From Cyanophora paradoxa CCMP329 (Eukaryota; Plantae; Glaucophyta), in NCBI GenBank assembly GCA_004431415.1, contig QPMI01000265.1, forward strand, positions 24,738 through 88,737: a stretch of DNA of 64,000 nucleotides. The letters run 5' to 3'. Below are positions 61,571-64,000 of the stretch, in pieces. Below the pieces are notes generated by a model that did no database searches, was not told where the DNA came from, and was given only the letters and a program-made list of their open reading frames with translations. How positions within the stretch are numbered: position 1 is the stretch's first letter; each line of letters starts with the position of its first letter. Both the position numbers and the translations under genes were made by a program.

Positions 61571-62682
61571 ATGGCCGACGAGGACCGGCGATCGAAGAAG
61601 AAGGAGGCGCGCCGCACTGCCGACTTTCCGCGCGCTGCGAACTCACTCGCGCCCGTGCGCAGCGCGATGAGGATGAGGAGGAGCGCAGGGCCCGCAAGGA
61701 GGCGAAGCGGCGCGAGCGCGAGCGCGCTGAGGCGGAAGCCGAGGAAGGCGAAGCCGCCGAGAGCCCGCGGGACAGCGAAAAGAAGAAAAAGAAGAAGGAG
61801 AAGAAACGAAGCGAGCAGGAGGAGGAAGAAGAGCGCAGCCCTGAGCCAGACGATCGTGAACGCGAGCGGGCGGCGAGGAAGGCGGAGAAGCGTGCCGCGC
61901 GCGAGGCGGCAGCTGCCGCTGAGGCGGAGCAGGAGGCGGAGGAGCCAGCGAAGAAGGAGAAGAAGAAAGACAAGAAGAAGGACGCTAGCGACGAAGACGG
62001 CGAGGTGCACCCCGAAGGAGCTTAGCTACGGGCCGCTGGATGCTGCCCTGGCATCACGCGCTGATCCCGCACATCGAACTCGTGAGCTCAAGCGATTGCG
62101 TACCGACCGAAGCCCGCCGCGCAGGCCAAGAAGAAGAGCAAGGAAGAGCCCGCCGCCGACGAGAGCAACAAGAAGAGGAAGAAGCGGTGGGACGAGACGG
62201 GCGGCTCAGCAGAGGCGCCTAAGGCTAGCGCTAGCGAGTCCGCGAAGCCGGTTGCGCCGGCCCCCGCGGCCCCGGCGCCAGCGGCGGCGCCGGCAGCGAA
62301 CACGGCGAACCTCTCCTTGGAGGACAAGCGCAAGGTGCGGGGGCGCCGTGCCGCGCCGCGTCAGCGGCACTAAGAGAGGCCGCAGATGCTCTGGGCGGGC
62401 AAGGGCGGTAAGAACACGGCAACGTGGGCGGGCGTGGAGCTCGAGGGGGGGGACAGCCGCAAGTGCGCGCCGCGGGGCGTCCGGGGGCCGGCGCCGGCTA
62501 ATTGGGGCCCGGGGACCCTCAGGGACAAGTTCCTGGCCCTGATGGGGGCGAAGAAGGCGGGGAACCAGCCGGCGGCGCCGGTGGGGGCGCCCGCGAACTC
62601 GTCGCTGACCCTCGAGGGGCAGAAGAAGCTCTTTGCGGACCTCGAGAAACAGTACGCCACCAGCATGGCCGGCAGGCGATAG
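61571..62682 (+). CDS. Lys/Glu-rich protein with a C-terminal small acidic protein (SMAP) domain
   Basis: KRKMLWAGK...WAGVEL....RKDKFLALMGAKK...LFADLEKQY. Confidence 0.8.
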
Positions 62683-62735
62683 CCCAGCAGCAGCCGCGCC
62701 CCCGGCCCACCCCGTTGCCACAATGCTATTCCGAT

Positions 62736-64000
62736 TCAATGATTCAAGATTGTCAAATGCACTGCACGCATCCGCCCCCTGGCCCCTCGCTCGCGTGATC
62801 GCGCAAGCGTCAGCTCGCTGCCGCGCACATGTACAGAGAGTGTCCCAAGCGGGTGGCGGGGACGGTATGAGAGCTCACGAGGCCCGCGCGGTCTTTGGGC
62901 TCGAGCGGAACTCGAAGGGGGACCACCCGCCGGTGCCTGGCCCGGGGCTCGCCGTGCCAGCCCCGGCGCCGGGGCCGCCGCCCCCGCCGCTCCCGCCCGA
63001 GGCGGCGGAGGGGAGCTCGTCGGGGCCGCCACTCGCGGGGGCGGGCCCGGCGCCTCGCCGGCCCGCTCCAGCAGCCACGCCACGTCCCTGCGGCCCCGGC
63101 GCGTCGGGCCCCCGGCCCCGCCGCGTCTAGCGGGGGGCGGGGCGCACGGGGAGGCGGCGGCGGCGTCGGCGGCGAGGGCGGCGGTGTGCGGGGGCAGGGG
63201 CGCGCGGGCGGCGCGGGCGTAGCGGAGGGCGGCGGGGAGGCGGGCGGGGCCGGCGGCGGCGAGGAGGTCGGCGACGAGGGCGTGGAGGCCGCAGCGGTGC
63301 AGCGCCGCAAGGGCCCCGTGCGCCAGCGCGGCGCGCTCGCCCGAGGGCGCCGGCCCCGCGAGCGCGAGCGCCCGCAGGGCGAGCACGGGGCAGTCCGGCA
63401 CGAGGCGCGCCGCCTGCGCGCTCGCCAGCTGCCCCCAGCGCCCGCCCAGCGCCAGGGCCTCCAGCAGCGCCTCGCCCACCGCGTGCTGCGCCCCGTCGGG
63501 CCGGGCCCGGGGCGAGGGGCGGGGCGGGGCGGGGCGGGCCTGCGGCTCGACGCCGGCGGCGTGGTAGCTCCGGAGGAGCTCGGTGAGGAGGGCGGCGGCG
63601 TAGGGCGCCTCGGCGCCGCGCAGGGCCGGCAGCAGCACCCGCCCCAGCATCCCGAACTGGTCCACCGCGCACGCCGGCCCCGCCCCGCAGGCCCCCCTCG
63701 AACACGAAGTCCCCCTGTCCCCGCCCCGCTCCTGCCGCCCCGCCCCCTCACCGGCCTCCCGCAGCGCCCCGCCCGCGCGCGGGAGGGCGCACCGGGGCGG
63801 GGAGGGCCCCAAGGAGGCGGTCGCCGGGGGCTCCCTCGGGGCTGCCACGCCGGGGGCGAGGTACCTGCGGGGGCGTCGGGCGGGGCCGCCCGGCGCGGGG
63901 GCGGGGCGGCGGACGTGCAGAGCGCCGCCACGCCGCCCCGCAGGGCCTCCTCGTGGAGGGTGTGGCCGGGCGGCAGCGCCTCCCGCGCGCGCCTGCCGCG
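62736..64000 (-). CDS. 3' part of an RMC1/Mic1-like gene (regulator of MON1-CCZ1); runs off the window, stop uncertain
   Basis: VDQFGMLGRVLLP...YAAALLTELLRSY...GQL....LVPDCPVLALRAL resembles the Mic1 domain. Confidence 0.65.
   Translation of the reverse strand, partial: RQARAGGAAARPHPPRGGPAGRRGGALHVRRPAPAPGGPARRPRRYLAPGVAAPREPPATASLGPSPPRCALPRAGGALREAGEGAGRQERGGDRGTSCSRGACGAGPACAVDQFGMLGRVLLPALRGAEAPYAAALLTELLRSYHAAGVEPQARPAPPRPSPRARPDGAQHAVGEALLEALALGGRWGQLASAQAARLVPDCPVLALRALALAGPAPSGERAALAHGALAALHRCGLHALVADLLAAAGPARLPAALRYARAARAPLPPHTAALAADAAAASPCAPPPARRGGAGGPTRRGRRDVAWLLERAGEAPGPPPRVAAPTSSPPPPRAGAAGAAAPAPGLARRAPGQAPAGGPPSSSARAQRPRGPRELSYRPRHPLGTLSVHVRGSELTLARSRERGARGRMRAVHLTILNH

Noticed and set aside
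1448-62682. Alternative genetic code
   Set aside because: In-frame stops disappear once small GT-AG or GC-AG introns are removed
14000-64000. Many long Arg/Pro/Gly/Ala-rich ORFs in the six-frame track
   Set aside because: They are by-products of about 80% GC DNA and read-through of GC-rich introns; the real proteins are spliced mosaics

Overview
Gene-dense eukaryotic nuclear DNA with many tiny (about 45-60 nt) introns. It is probably from a glaucophyte-like alga such as Cyanophora. That is an inference from a plastid Cpn60 with an 'AFV' transit peptide, a cycloartenol synthase and extreme GC content. About 16 spliced host genes can be reconstructed by eye: HAUS4, POLA2, squalene synthase, PRP31, a UBR1/PRT6-type E3 ligase, SRP9, mitochondrial ACP, WDR25, an orphan, MAD1, cycloartenol synthase, Cpn60, a GAF-PAS adenylyl cyclase, QCR7, BTAF1/MOT1, SMAP and a partial RMC1. 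Most lie in head-to-head pairs. Accessory DNA comprises a MITE-like family abutting gene 3' ends, a ~470-bp tandem repeat interrupted by a 4.45-kb RT-less retroposed cassette with a 12-bp TSD, and a 4.2-kb Ginger2-like DNA transposon with 73-bp TIRs and a 5-bp TSD. The strongest unexplained signals are: (1) a stereotyped X-rc(X)-X (+6 nt) micro-insertion that recurs between repeat copies; (2) helically phased CGTGCCC arrays inside the transposon; (3) about one third GC-AG introns in one fully traced gene; (4) oscillating G-rich and C-rich blocks in GC-rich genes. Exon boundaries and composition estimates were made manually and need computational confirmation.
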